Below are positions 9,391 to 19,480 of a stretch of 40,321 bases of DNA, piece after piece. This stretch comes from a virus (Duplodnaviria; Caudoviricetes). The notes under the pieces were generated by a model. That model ran no database searches, was not told the origin of the DNA, and was given only the letters and a program-made list of their open reading frames with translations. Position 1 is the stretch's first letter; every line of letters starts with the position of its first letter. Made by a program: the position numbers and the translations under genes. The stretch spans positions 1 through 40,321 of the IMG/VR virus record IMGVR_UViG_3300005805_000184; one strand, written 5' to 3'.

Positions 9391-10700
9391 CCCCAGACGT
9401 ATACACAGAAAAGATAGTATTCAATCGTATACTTTCCGACTCAAGGCTATTTGATACCGTAGAAACAAAATTCTTCGAAGTCGTAGAGATACAGAAGGTC
9501 TATGAAATATGTAAACAATTCTTTCTGAAGTATAAGGAATCCCCTTCAAGAGAACAGATAAAACACCTGATAAAGTCAAATCGTCTTGAAGAGGTCATAA
9601 CTCTTGATTATATCGATAGCCTCTTCAACGTGAATCTTGAAGACTACGATTCGCAATGGCTTTCCGAGACGGTTGAGGCTTGGATACAATGGAGATCACT
9701 TAACACCTCCTTGTTTGACGCCTTTACATTCATGAAAACCCAAAAGGTTGACACCGAAAACGTAAAGGACGTGGTCGATAAGGTTGTTGCGATGATACGT
9801 GATGGCGGAACCATAGACGTGGGTGGTGATGACTTCTTGGATTTCAGCGATCCAACATGTCATAAATCAATAAGCTACGAATCGTTTAAAACAGGGTATT
9901 CGTATTTCGATATCACCATGGGAGGAGGATGGATTCCTGGAACACTGAACGTTTTGGCAGGAGGTCCAAAGTCGGGTAAATCCGTTTGGTTATTAAACAT
10001 GGCGGCAAACGCAGTGAAATCCAACAAGAACGTCATGATAGTGACGCTTGAACTTTTGGATTACCAGTATCTACAACGTTTGTCGGCAAATCTTATGGGT
10101 GTGACAACATCGGAATACAGCAACAACATAGAGGACTCTGTCTGGATGAAGAGGAAGATACAGGAGACCATAAATTACGGTGATGGATTTAATCCGTTTG
10201 GCCACCTCTTCATAAAATCCTATCCTGCTTCTACCTCTTCTGTGAACGAAATAGAGACATTTATAAGAAAGATAGAGATGATAAAGGGAATAAAGTTTGA
10301 TCTTGTTGTTATAGATTACATCAACATCATGAAAAACTGGAGAAACCCAAACACGGAAAACCTTTATCAAAAGATAAAACAGATAGCAGAAGATGTTAGG
10401 GCAATGGCCATGAGAAACAAATGGGCAATACTATCGGCAACACAGATAAATCGAACAAACCTTGGAAACAGTGATATGTTCATGACAGATATATCCGAGT
10501 CGATGGGACTTGCTGCAACCGTAGACACGCTTTACGGCATAATACAGACAGAGATAATGAAGGCAGAAAACGAGTATATCATAAAGGCCCTTGCGTTGAG
10601 AAACTCTGAGGAAATAAACCTTAAGAAAAAGTTTTCTGTCGATTACAAGAGGATGACGATAAAAGAAAATAACGAACCACCATTTAGTGCAAGCATATGA
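9387..10700 (+). CDS. DnaB-like replicative helicase (T4 gp41)
   Basis: Walker A GGPKSGKS, TLEL, VVIDYINIM, ATQINR, ISESMGLAATVD. Confidence 0.93.
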   Translation: MTPDVYTEKIVFNRILSDSRLFDTVETKFFEVVEIQKVYEICKQFFLKYKESPSREQIKHLIKSNRLEEVITLDYIDSLFNVNLEDYDSQWLSETVEAWIQWRSLNTSLFDAFTFMKTQKVDTENVKDVVDKVVAMIRDGGTIDVGGDDFLDFSDPTCHKSISYESFKTGYSYFDITMGGGWIPGTLNVLAGGPKSGKSVWLLNMAANAVKSNKNVMIVTLELLDYQYLQRLSANLMGVTTSEYSNNIEDSVWMKRKIQETINYGDGFNPFGHLFIKSYPASTSSVNEIETFIRKIEMIKGIKFDLVVIDYINIMKNWRNPNTENLYQKIKQIAEDVRAMAMRNKWAILSATQINRTNLGNSDMFMTDISESMGLAATVDTLYGIIQTEIMKAENEYIIKALALRNSEEINLKKKFSVDYKRMTIKENNEPPFSASI

Positions 10701-11158
10701 GTAGAAGACACGGCGACAAAATACTTGATAACAAGTACAATTCAGGGAACCTAGATCACGAGTTTTTTCATGCGAGGGACATGAGAATAAGCGATGAATA
10801 CGCAGATCAAAATCTAGACGAATACTATAACAGCGAGAAGTATTCCAGGTTTAAAGCCCTTTTGGAAAAAATAGAAGAGATAACAAAGATATCCACGTTT
10901 AGTCTTGAGGATCATCCAAAACGGAAACTTCCCAAGGCAAAGCTAAACGATTTCTTCTGTTTTGTCATAGAGGAGGTCAGAAAAAGCGACACAACGTATT
11001 CTATGATGGAGTTTGTTATAGGAACCTGTGAGTACCTTGGATGTAACTACGAAAATATGTTTAAAGAGATGAACATGTCTCACAAGGAACAGCTCCTAAA
11101 CGAGCTCGATAAAGACTACCACATATTTTCAAAGATGAACATAAAGAAGCTTTTTTAA
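10697..11158 (+). CDS. Hypothetical protein, possible gp33-like late transcription co-activator
   Basis: Translationally coupled at both ends; C-half helical pattern (YSMMEFVIGTCEYLG...KEQLLNEL) and C-terminal KKLF resemble gp33; weak. Confidence 0.4.
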   Translation: MSRRHGDKILDNKYNSGNLDHEFFHARDMRISDEYADQNLDEYYNSEKYSRFKALLEKIEEITKISTFSLEDHPKRKLPKAKLNDFFCFVIEEVRKSDTTYSMMEFVIGTCEYLGCNYENMFKEMNMSHKEQLLNELDKDYHIFSKMNIKKLF

Positions 11159-12231
11159 TGAAAATATTTCTGATATCAGACACACACTTGGGAGTAAGAT
11201 CAAACTCCGTCGAATGGATAGAGATACAAAGATCATTTTTCTTTGACTGGTTCATCGATGATGTCAAAAAGAGGTTGAAACCCGGGGACGAAATATTTCA
11301 CCTCGGAGACGTCTTTGATTCTCGACAAAGCATAAACCTAAAGGTGCTAAATCTCGGAATGGAGATATTTGAAAAGCTTTCAAAAATTTCCCCTGTGCGG
11401 GTTATACTCGGAAACCACGATTGCCACGATTTGAATAGCAATAGCATAAACTCGGTAAAACCCCTTGGATGGTTGCCAAATGTAACTGTTTACGAAGAAC
11501 CCGAAATGATAGAGCTTTCCGGAAAGAAAATGTTAATGATGCCATGGAGAGCAAATCCCGATCAGGAAAAAGAATGTCTAACTCGCTTCAAGGGTGCCGA
11601 CTATCTTTTCTGTCACACGGACGTTAAGGGTGCTGACTTTAATAAGTGGACTAAGGTTGACCACGGAAACGAAGTCAAAGAGTTCAGCACGTACTCCAAA
11701 GTTTATACGGGACACATACACTACAGACAGAAGGTCGGAAACATAAACTTTATAGGATGCCCTTACGAGTTGACACGCTCTGACATAGGAAACTCAAAGG
11801 GTTATTGGATAATAGACACCGAATCAGGAACCGAGGAGTTCATAGAAAACCCCATATCTCCCAGGTTCGTAAGACTAAACATTGAACAGGTTTTGGAAAC
11901 AAAGCTAGAGGATCTAAGGGAAACCTGTAGAAACAACTTCGTTGACATCTACATGAACGAATCCGACGCCATAAACTTTCCATTTCAGGAGTTGGAAGAG
12001 GTCCTAAACGGGTTTCATAGAAAGCTGACGTTTAAAACAAACATTATTTCCGCACACCTAAACGAACAAAATCCCGAGGTGCAAAATCAGGAATACGATT
12101 TGGATCTCATGAGTCTAACAGAGAGGTTTATAGAATCTCTTTCCTATGAAGATAAACTAAAGACCGCGTTAAAGAAGTACGCAAAATCTCTTTATTCTAG
12201 GGTAGTAGAAATAAAAGGACTAGACAAATGA
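11158..12231 (+). CDS. Recombination nuclease gp47 (Mre11/SbcD-like)
   Basis: Metallophosphoesterase motifs DTHLG, GDVFD, GNHD, GHIH. Confidence 0.93.
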   Translation: MKIFLISDTHLGVRSNSVEWIEIQRSFFFDWFIDDVKKRLKPGDEIFHLGDVFDSRQSINLKVLNLGMEIFEKLSKISPVRVILGNHDCHDLNSNSINSVKPLGWLPNVTVYEEPEMIELSGKKMLMMPWRANPDQEKECLTRFKGADYLFCHTDVKGADFNKWTKVDHGNEVKEFSTYSKVYTGHIHYRQKVGNINFIGCPYELTRSDIGNSKGYWIIDTESGTEEFIENPISPRFVRLNIEQVLETKLEDLRETCRNNFVDIYMNESDAINFPFQELEEVLNGFHRKLTFKTNIISAHLNEQNPEVQNQEYDLDLMSLTERFIESLSYEDKLKTALKKYAKSLYSRVVEIKGLDK

Positions 12232-13898
12232 AAATAAAACGAGTGTTATGGAGGAATATAACATCGTACGGGAACAGAGTTCAAACTATAGACCTGGAAA
12301 AGAATCCAGGTTTCTACATGTTAATGGGTGAAAATGCCACAGGGAAATCAAGTTTCCTCTCGTGCATAACGTTTGCTCTGTATGGAAAGGTGAACAACAA
12401 AAAACTCAAGGACCTAGCAAATAGAAAAAACAAAAACGGTTGGGTTAGGGTCGAATTGGAATCCAAGGGAAGGCAGATAATCATCGAAAGAGGAGTTTCT
12501 CCCACAACTCTAGAGGTCACAGTTGACGGAAAGAGGTACGATGAATCTGGTAAAAAGAACGTACAGGACTACCTTGAAGAAGAGTTATATGGAATGCCAT
12601 ATTACGTTTTTGACAATCTGATATCGTTAAATATAAACGACTTCAAGAGCTTCATAAACATGTCTCCATCGGACAAGAGGGCAATAATCGATCGATTATT
12701 CTCGTTGGATCTCATAAACCAAATGAGGGAGCTGTTGAAGCTTGATTCAAAGGAAGTGAAGTCTATGTTGGATTCTGTTAATTCGGAAATAGAATGGTTA
12801 GAGTCATCTATAGAAAAGAACTCAATCAGACTCAAGGAAACCGAGAGAAGATTGAACGAGCAAAAAGCCTTCACGGTTAACGATCTAAAGGAACGGTCAA
12901 AGGAACTTGAGTTGTCAATAGAATCCTCGAAAGAGGAGAAGAAAAAAATAGATTCGATCAAGGAAGCAATCCAAAAAAAGAAGTCCACGATGGAAGATGC
13001 TATTCGTTCATCGCAATACGAGATCAAATCGCTTAAAGAAAAAATGAAGTTCTTCGATAGTAAGATGTGTCCAACATGCGAAAGAGACATATCAGAGGAC
13101 TTTGGAGAGAAAAGAAAATCCGAGATACAGTCAAACATTGATGCGCTCAGATCTTCCGTTGACGAGATTATGCCAAGCTACGAAAAGGTAATCGAAAAAT
13201 GGGAACAGCTACAAGGCGTAGAAAGATCCTTCTATAAAAAGGAAGCGGAGATAAAGGCAAACATTGGTTCCATAAGAAGAGAGATAGATGAAATAGAACG
13301 TAAGAAGAACACGAGCGAGGACACTAAAGCAATAAGGGAGATGATATCCGAGAATGAGACGTCTCTTGCCGAGAAACAAAAAGAGAGATCAAAGGCAGAA
13401 TCCATGGTAGGATTCAACAAGGTCATTGATCAGGTTTTGGGTGAAAAGGGTGTTAAACAACTTGCGATACAGAGCATACTTCCCATGTTCAATCGGTACG
13501 TAAGCGAACTTAGTTCGGAGATGAGCGTTGACTATGAATTAAGATTCGACGAGGAGTTCAATGCTGTTCTCACTCATCTTGGCGAAGAGATATCACCTGC
13601 TTCTCTATCAACCGGAGAGGCAAAGAAGGTAGACATAATAGTCCTTCTTTCCCTTATTAAACTCGTTAAGATGAAATTTCCAATGCTAAACGTACTTTTC
13701 TTGGACGAGGTGTTCTCTTCAGTTGATACAAATAACGTGTATCACATGATAAAGAGCCTAGGAAAAATAACCAGAGAACTAAAATTAAATACAATAGTTG
13801 TAAACCATTCCATACTTCCTCACGAAGAATTTGATTACATACTTAGGACTTCAAAAAACAATGGTTTCTCTTCGATTGAACTGGAAAAAGTAGGTTAA
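12228..13898 (+). CDS. Recombination ATPase gp46 (Rad50/SbcC-like)
   Basis: Walker A GENATGKS, coiled coil with zinc hook CPTC, signature LSTGE, Walker B FLDE, H-loop VNH. Confidence 0.95.
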   Translation: MKIKRVLWRNITSYGNRVQTIDLEKNPGFYMLMGENATGKSSFLSCITFALYGKVNNKKLKDLANRKNKNGWVRVELESKGRQIIIERGVSPTTLEVTVDGKRYDESGKKNVQDYLEEELYGMPYYVFDNLISLNINDFKSFINMSPSDKRAIIDRLFSLDLINQMRELLKLDSKEVKSMLDSVNSEIEWLESSIEKNSIRLKETERRLNEQKAFTVNDLKERSKELELSIESSKEEKKKIDSIKEAIQKKKSTMEDAIRSSQYEIKSLKEKMKFFDSKMCPTCERDISEDFGEKRKSEIQSNIDALRSSVDEIMPSYEKVIEKWEQLQGVERSFYKKEAEIKANIGSIRREIDEIERKKNTSEDTKAIREMISENETSLAEKQKERSKAESMVGFNKVIDQVLGEKGVKQLAIQSILPMFNRYVSELSSEMSVDYELRFDEEFNAVLTHLGEEISPASLSTGEAKKVDIIVLLSLIKLVKMKFPMLNVLFLDEVFSSVDTNNVYHMIKSLGKITRELKLNTIVVNHSILPHEEFDYILRTSKNNGFSSIELEKVG

Positions 13899-13900
13899 AG

Positions 13901-13906
13901 TATATA
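13901..13906 (+). promoter_or_regulatory. TATATA candidate late promoter
   Basis: 7 nt upstream of ATG 13914, at the replication-to-virion gene junction. Confidence 0.55.
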
Positions 13907-13913
13907 GCAAACA

Positions 13914-15419
13914 ATGAATCCATTTAACTTTAAAACAAATTCTGACAACGTATTCTTTCGTGCGCTTATAGTTGCGTTCATAAATGCGTTGAATGACAGA
14001 ATAAAGTACGATGTCATAATAAGTCCAACTGAAACCAGGACCTTTAGTTTGGACTTCTATTACAGTCTTGTCGGTGACGGTAGATTCATACAGGACAAAT
14101 TCATAAACATGGATAATTGTAAGTTTGAGTTTGCCGATGGAAATTACGATCCAATACCCAGAGGAGTTGTAAACATAGCTGGAATACAGATGCCGGAAGA
14201 CTCATTGACTAACAATTATGTCAGAATAGAATATCAAAAGCTTGTTGACGGAGCGATGAAAACGTATTCCGCACAAGCCATAATCGTTCCCCTTCGGGTA
14301 CAGTTTCGTGTCGATATAATAGTCGATATACTGTTGGATTACTTCAGGATTGCACAGGTTGCCTTTTCTGAGTTTTTCAAGACCATACCCTTTAGTTTTA
14401 GGTACGAATCGATAAGAATACCGGCAAGGGCCATGATACCTTCACCTCTTCCAGGTGAAAAACAATACTCATATGAAGTTGGTCAAGACCAAAGAATCAA
14501 AATGGGATTTGATATAGAGGTTGAGACATATTTGCCTGTTATAGATAAGACCACGGAGTTTTTCAAGGGTAACAGTATCCAAACATTCAGTTCTAGCTCT
14601 CAAGTCTACAGACAAAGAGAACACGTAAAGGACAACAATCCTAGATTGACTGTAGCATCTTCCATCGATGAGAATTCCATGACATTGGTTTTTGACTCAT
14701 ATATCGACGAGAAAAACATATTACCTGGACAATATCTGACGATTAAGAACGTTAACAACGAAAAATCCTTTGTTGTAACCGTAAACGGTCCTAGCCAAAG
14801 ATCAGGAAACACCATAACAGTTCCAATACTTGATAGCGAAGATCTTTCGACGATATACAACAGGATAACTGATTTTTCTGTCATGATACTTCCTTCCGAG
14901 GAACACTTCCAAGTATTTGAGTATGTTGATTCAGGAGACACGATTTCAAACGGCCAATTGAAGTTTAACATTGACGTTCCTGGTATATCCTTACCGACTG
15001 ACGAGCCTAATTCCTTTGATCAGGTAACAGAAATAACCGTGAGTGGCACAGATTTCAATTCAAACAATCTGACAAAATGGATGAAATCTGTTTACATGAC
15101 AGAGAGCCAATTTAGTCGTATATTGACAATAGTTAATAAGACACAAACAGCTTCGGTCACATTCAGGATAAAGACAGTTAGCAACCAGTTGGACTCCAAC
15201 GGTGAAGTCACATCTTCCATATGGGAAGTAGAATACATATCAGGAAGAGGAGAATTTAACCCTGGTGACCTTTGTAAAATCGCATATAACTCTGACGACG
15301 AATTTACGGTTTTGGTTTTGGATTTCTGGAGCAACATTCCTTTCCCAGACGGGCTTGGAGTAAACCTAAGATTGTTTAAGGACGTAAATTCCTTATCTAT
15401 AAATAGAAACCCAATGTAA
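13914..15419 (+). CDS. Tail terminator/sheath stabiliser gp15-like protein with long C-terminal extension
   Basis: N-terminal ~220 aa follow the gp15 pattern (FFRALIVAF..., IPRGVVNIAGI, VPLRVQFRVDI, FDIEVETYLP); ~270 extra residues follow. Confidence 0.6.
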   Translation: MNPFNFKTNSDNVFFRALIVAFINALNDRIKYDVIISPTETRTFSLDFYYSLVGDGRFIQDKFINMDNCKFEFADGNYDPIPRGVVNIAGIQMPEDSLTNNYVRIEYQKLVDGAMKTYSAQAIIVPLRVQFRVDIIVDILLDYFRIAQVAFSEFFKTIPFSFRYESIRIPARAMIPSPLPGEKQYSYEVGQDQRIKMGFDIEVETYLPVIDKTTEFFKGNSIQTFSSSSQVYRQREHVKDNNPRLTVASSIDENSMTLVFDSYIDEKNILPGQYLTIKNVNNEKSFVVTVNGPSQRSGNTITVPILDSEDLSTIYNRITDFSVMILPSEEHFQVFEYVDSGDTISNGQLKFNIDVPGISLPTDEPNSFDQVTEITVSGTDFNSNNLTKWMKSVYMTESQFSRILTIVNKTQTASVTFRIKTVSNQLDSNGEVTSSIWEVEYISGRGEFNPGDLCKIAYNSDDEFTVLVLDFWSNIPFPDGLGVNLRLFKDVNSLSINRNPM

Positions 15420-15441
15420 CAAACTTTTCCAAGAAAACTGA

Positions 15442-15447
15442 TATATA
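15442..15447 (+). promoter_or_regulatory. TATATA candidate late promoter
   Basis: 16 nt upstream of ATG 15464. Confidence 0.55.
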
Positions 15448-15463
15448 ATAAAGAGAAAAATAT

Positions 15464-18022
15464 ATGGTTCCAATGAACACAGCTAAATTACGCTTGGCTA
15501 TTCTTTCTAATAAAACCGCAAAGGGCGCAGTAAGACGCATATGCGAGTCTCTTTTGGAGATGGCCGATAGCATACCAGACCAGAATCTTTCTGAGATAGC
15601 GATGGACAAGCTTTCTCCATACACAACGGATATTGCGGTAAAAACATTTGTCGCTAACGAGGCTAGATTGCTTTCTTTACTGGACATGGGAATAAAGAAA
15701 TCCGCAGAGAAGATACTTTCTGAGGGTTCTATATCTAAATATCCTCACATTAAGGGTCCTATCGATCAGTTCAGAAAGATGAGCGAAGTAAATCCAGACT
15801 ATCTGATGATAGAGAACTATCTTAATGTTCTAAAGCCTATACTTTGGGAGCCTGTTGTAAAGAGGGAATTTGAAATTCTAGAGGCTCGTAAGAACAGCCT
15901 TTCCGAGGACATACTTGTAAAGTCTTCTATAGATTCCATAAAGGCATCAAGGAATAGCTTCATATATTCTTCTCTTATAGAAAAGCTTGAGGGCTATCTA
16001 AACGATAGAACAGCAGGATCAAGGAAAATGATAATTCATGAGCTTGATCGCTACCGATTTGACACAAATATAAACAAGCTAGCAAATAACCTTAGGTTAA
16101 TGGAAAACTCGTCAGGAGGTTTCAATATCTTAACAAACACTTCAAAGTGTACAGTTAAACCTTCTGTGGGATTTGTTGACATAAAGGAATCAGTAGATTA
16201 CATACTTCTTGATGGTTCTTTTTACAAGAAGAACCTAAGCAACATAGTTCCTGTAAATGAGCAAGAAGTGCAAAGGAATTCTCCTTCTCTTTGTGTTATA
16301 AACAATATCTCTAAATCTAGAAACTTCTCAATTCAGGGCGACAACATCGTGATGCTGATGGGTAAGGACATTGTAAAGATAAATGAGAACGGAACCATAG
16401 AGCTTAACGAACAACAAATATCGAGAGATGATCTAAAACACAAGGTTGCTGTAACATCAATCATAGATCCAAATTACAGCAGAACGCTAAACGATGTTTT
16501 AACTATACACGAAAACATCGGAAAGATGATGGAAATAGACTTTGCCAAGACAATATCGTCCAACATATACGAAGGTTTAAAGATAAACGTTATAAAGGGC
16601 GACAGGTATGTTGTTAATTACATGAATCCTGCGATGAATGAGAACAAGATGGTTAACTTCACAAAGGTGACACAGCTCAAGAATTTTGTCTGGGACTCTC
16701 TTTCTTATGACATATCGGAATCTTTTGTTGAGGCTATCTCCAGAGAGAATCGTCAAATAAACGAGATGCAACAAAAATCAAGCGGTCTATTCAACCAAAT
16801 AGTTGAAGTAGAAAATGAATTGAAGAAGCTTGAAATAGAAAAACAAAGAGATGAGGCAGTAAGAGAAAGCCAAACGATCGGAGTGTTGGAAGATTCTCTA
16901 AAAGAACACTTAAGGGAACTTAAGAGAGAGTATTCGTTAGCATCAAAAAAGTTGAACGAAGCCGCATCAAACGTTCCGCTACCATCGGTAGGTGATACGG
17001 TTAAAGTAAGGGGAAAGGGAACGGGTACAATACTTTCTGTTGATGGGGTCGATAAAAGGTTCATAACTTTGTTGAATAACGGTGAAACCGTTCAATGCAC
17101 AAACAAAGAGATAGACGTTCTTGAAACCATGATCAAGAGACCTTCATCCGCTTCACCGGAAGTTAATCTTTCCATGATACAGGGTTCAAACGGAAAACCT
17201 AGCGGAAAGCATTCGGACGTAAAGAAATCCATAAAGGAATCTTACGGACTTGATAACTATTTCGATGATGATGAAATCGAAAGCATTGCAATGGATGATG
17301 TCGAAGGAATAACAACAGATCCTTCTAATGTCGTTAGACACAATGAATTTGGAACCGTATACGATACAGACGTTGATTCTTTTGATTCCATGGCATCAAG
17401 AGGTTATGAAGATTATTATCCAGACGTGGACCAAGACGAAATAGACGACATGACAATGGAGATTGACGATGAATTAGAAGAAGGTAGAACAACTTATGAT
17501 TTTTACGATTCTGATGAATCCGAAGAAGATTCATACTCTCCATACGATCCAGATGAAGAGGATGTAGAATCTTGGCCCGATGATTTTGAAGAAGAGGATT
17601 TCGAAGAAGAGGATTTCGAAGAGGGAGATTTCGAAGAAGAGGATTTTGATGAAGAGGATGTAGACGATGACTTCGATGATGACTTTGAACATTCACATTC
17701 AATGAGAAGCCGAGAAATCATGCCCATCGATGACATTGATTTAAGACACGGGGGTGCAAGTTTTGGTTCTGGAAAAATGGAATCAATAGAGTCTGATGAA
17801 TTGGAAATGGAATCAGATGAAGAGGACGATCTTCACCACTATGAAAAGATGTCAAAAGATAATCCAGGATACGGAAGCAAACAGCTAGTTATAAGGGACA
17901 CAGATTTAGACGGTTATGATTCGGATGAATATTCATCTGAGGATGATATGCAGATACAGTTCGAAGAAAACGAAGAGGATGACCTCGACGGATCATATGG
18001 CGGAGCTATTGAAGAATCATAA
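15464..18022 (+). CDS. Large hypothetical protein: helical N-domain, coiled coil, SH3/KOW-like module, very acidic C-terminal ~260 aa (possible prohead core/scaffold)
   Basis: 852-aa ORF; VGDTVKVRGKGTGTILSVDG; Asp/Glu-rich tail; TATATA upstream. Confidence 0.75.
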   Translation: MVPMNTAKLRLAILSNKTAKGAVRRICESLLEMADSIPDQNLSEIAMDKLSPYTTDIAVKTFVANEARLLSLLDMGIKKSAEKILSEGSISKYPHIKGPIDQFRKMSEVNPDYLMIENYLNVLKPILWEPVVKREFEILEARKNSLSEDILVKSSIDSIKASRNSFIYSSLIEKLEGYLNDRTAGSRKMIIHELDRYRFDTNINKLANNLRLMENSSGGFNILTNTSKCTVKPSVGFVDIKESVDYILLDGSFYKKNLSNIVPVNEQEVQRNSPSLCVINNISKSRNFSIQGDNIVMLMGKDIVKINENGTIELNEQQISRDDLKHKVAVTSIIDPNYSRTLNDVLTIHENIGKMMEIDFAKTISSNIYEGLKINVIKGDRYVVNYMNPAMNENKMVNFTKVTQLKNFVWDSLSYDISESFVEAISRENRQINEMQQKSSGLFNQIVEVENELKKLEIEKQRDEAVRESQTIGVLEDSLKEHLRELKREYSLASKKLNEAASNVPLPSVGDTVKVRGKGTGTILSVDGVDKRFITLLNNGETVQCTNKEIDVLETMIKRPSSASPEVNLSMIQGSNGKPSGKHSDVKKSIKESYGLDNYFDDDEIESIAMDDVEGITTDPSNVVRHNEFGTVYDTDVDSFDSMASRGYEDYYPDVDQDEIDDMTMEIDDELEEGRTTYDFYDSDESEEDSYSPYDPDEEDVESWPDDFEEEDFEEEDFEEGDFEEEDFDEEDVDDDFDDDFEHSHSMRSREIMPIDDIDLRHGGASFGSGKMESIESDELEMESDEEDDLHHYEKMSKDNPGYGSKQLVIRDTDLDGYDSDEYSSEDDMQIQFEENEEDDLDGSYGGAIEES
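17582..17656 (+). repeat. 5 x 15-nt tandem repeat encoding DFEEE
   Basis: gattttgaagaagag gatttcgaagaagag gatttcgaagaggga gatttcgaagaagag gattttgatgaagag. Confidence 0.9.
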
Positions 18023-18033
18023 AAAACCTCTAA

Positions 18034-18333
18034 ATGAGAAACATAAAAAAGATAAATGAATTTTTGAAGACTGATCCAGAAAATCAGTCTTCTTTTTTTG
18101 AAGGTCAACTCAATGCTGACGATGTAGACTTTCACGGAAAGATAATAAACGTCAAAAGGGACATAGAAAGAGAACAAAAGAAGCTAACGATCTATTCAAA
18201 GATCGATCAATTGAACGATGTACTTAAAACCCTAAACGATGTGATAAAGGATTTGGATCAGATAGATGTCAATACAAAGGGGCTTCAAGACGTTTATTAT
18301 AAACTTGCTTCAGGAATAAAGTCCATATCATAA
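18034..18333 (+). CDS. Hypothetical coiled-coil protein with capsid-targeting-like leader
   Basis: 99 aa, begins MRNIKKINEFLK. Confidence 0.7.
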   Translation: MRNIKKINEFLKTDPENQSSFFEGQLNADDVDFHGKIINVKRDIEREQKKLTIYSKIDQLNDVLKTLNDVIKDLDQIDVNTKGLQDVYYKLASGIKSIS

Positions 18334-18363
18334 CAAAAAGTTCCAATAGTACTATAATAATTA

Positions 18364-18714
18364 ATGTCAAAATACATCGATCAAAAGAAGCTCTTTGAGG
18401 AAATAATAAAATCAAAGCAAAAAAACGAGCTAACACCTGAAGCATTAAACATGCTTATTCTCATAGCTAATGAGCTGTCTAAAGTATTAAAGTTTAAGTA
18501 TGAAGAAGACAGAAAGGATTGCATAGCTTTTGCAATAGAAGATTTAATTAGATACTGGAGAAACTTTAATCCAGAAAAATCTAATAACGCTTTTGCTTAC
18601 TACACTCAAATAGCAAAGAACGGTCTTGCAAAAGGTTGGAAGAGACTAAGAGGAAGAGCGCAAAACATCAAGATAATAAACATCAACGAAACCGAAGGTC
18701 TTTCTAATATTTAA
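18364..18714 (+). CDS. Late transcription sigma factor (T4 gp55-like)
   Basis: YIDQKKL, LIANELS, NFNPEKSNNAFAYYTQI, the hallmark gp55 segment; TATAAT (18353-18358), not TATATA, upstream. Confidence 0.88.
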   Translation: MSKYIDQKKLFEEIIKSKQKNELTPEALNMLILIANELSKVLKFKYEEDRKDCIAFAIEDLIRYWRNFNPEKSNNAFAYYTQIAKNGLAKGWKRLRGRAQNIKIININETEGLSNI

Positions 18715-18959
18715 GAATCCTTTAATAGTTGATGAAAGTGTATATCTTGTTTTAGTCTAAGCCATTCTTCTTTTATAAGATTCTTTATCAATTTGGTGTA
18801 CGGTTCAGGTCTGCTTCCGTTTATTAAAGAGCGTGTTACGACAACCAGATCAGCGATCTTTTTTGTTTCGTCATCTATGCGATAGGTAGACATCTTCTTC
18901 TGTGGTTTGTTTCCAAAAGCTTCGCTATCGCTGTTTATCTGTTTAAGTACTTCCTTCAT
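18711..18959 (-). CDS. Small hypothetical protein, possible ribbon-helix-helix regulator
   Basis: 82 aa; KKMSTYRIDDETKKIAD is a beta-strand/helix pattern typical of RHH proteins. Confidence 0.5.
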   Translation of the reverse strand: MKEVLKQINSDSEAFGNKPQKKMSTYRIDDETKKIADLVVVTRSLINGSRPEPYTKLIKNLIKEEWLRLKQDIHFHQLLKDS

Positions 18960-18979
18960 ATTAAGGGTGTTATTTTCAT

Positions 18980-18988
18980 TATATATAT
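18980..18988. promoter_or_regulatory. TATATATAT bidirectional candidate late promoter
   Basis: Between divergent starts 18959(-) and 18995(+). Confidence 0.55.
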
Positions 18989-18994
18989 TAATTC

Positions 18995-19480
18995 ATGAAA
19001 AACATCAAAGATCTAGCACCCAATCCAAAGTCAATGTTTAGACAGGGATATTTTGTTCCTGCTAACCCAGAGAAATACGCAGGAGATCTAACCAAAATAA
19101 TATACAGATCCTCGTGGGAAAGAAAGTTCATGACGCTTTGTGACATCTCTCCCTTGGTTGTGAACTGGTCAAGCGAACCCGTTGCAATAAATTACTTTTC
19201 CCCTGTTGATCAGAGAATGCATAAATACTTCGTTGATTTTTTTTGTAGCATTAGAACAGATGAAGGGGAAATAAAAAAATATCTAATAGAAATAAAACCT
19301 AAAAACCAGGCAGTATTTGAAGCAAAGAACCCAAAGAGTTTCAAGAGCATGGAAAAATATGCAAATCACGTAAAGACGTTTGTTATAAATAAGGCAAAAT
19401 GGGCAGCTGCAACCGAATACGCAGCTAACATAGGATATGAATTTAAAGTATGGACCGAAGAAAACTTAAAAATCCTTTAA
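18995..19480 (+). CDS. Head completion nuclease (T4 gp4, TnsA-like)
   Basis: QGYFVPANPEKYAGD, IIYRSSWE, WSSE, YFVDF, LIEIKP, NKAKWAAA. Confidence 0.9.
   Translation: MKNIKDLAPNPKSMFRQGYFVPANPEKYAGDLTKIIYRSSWERKFMTLCDISPLVVNWSSEPVAINYFSPVDQRMHKYFVDFFCSIRTDEGEIKKYLIEIKPKNQAVFEAKNPKSFKSMEKYANHVKTFVINKAKWAAATEYAANIGYEFKVWTEENLKIL

Noticed and set aside
18995-19480. TnsA-like nuclease as evidence of a Tn7 element
   Set aside because: Matches T4 gp4 head-completion protein in its usual gp2/portal context; no transposon genes or ends.
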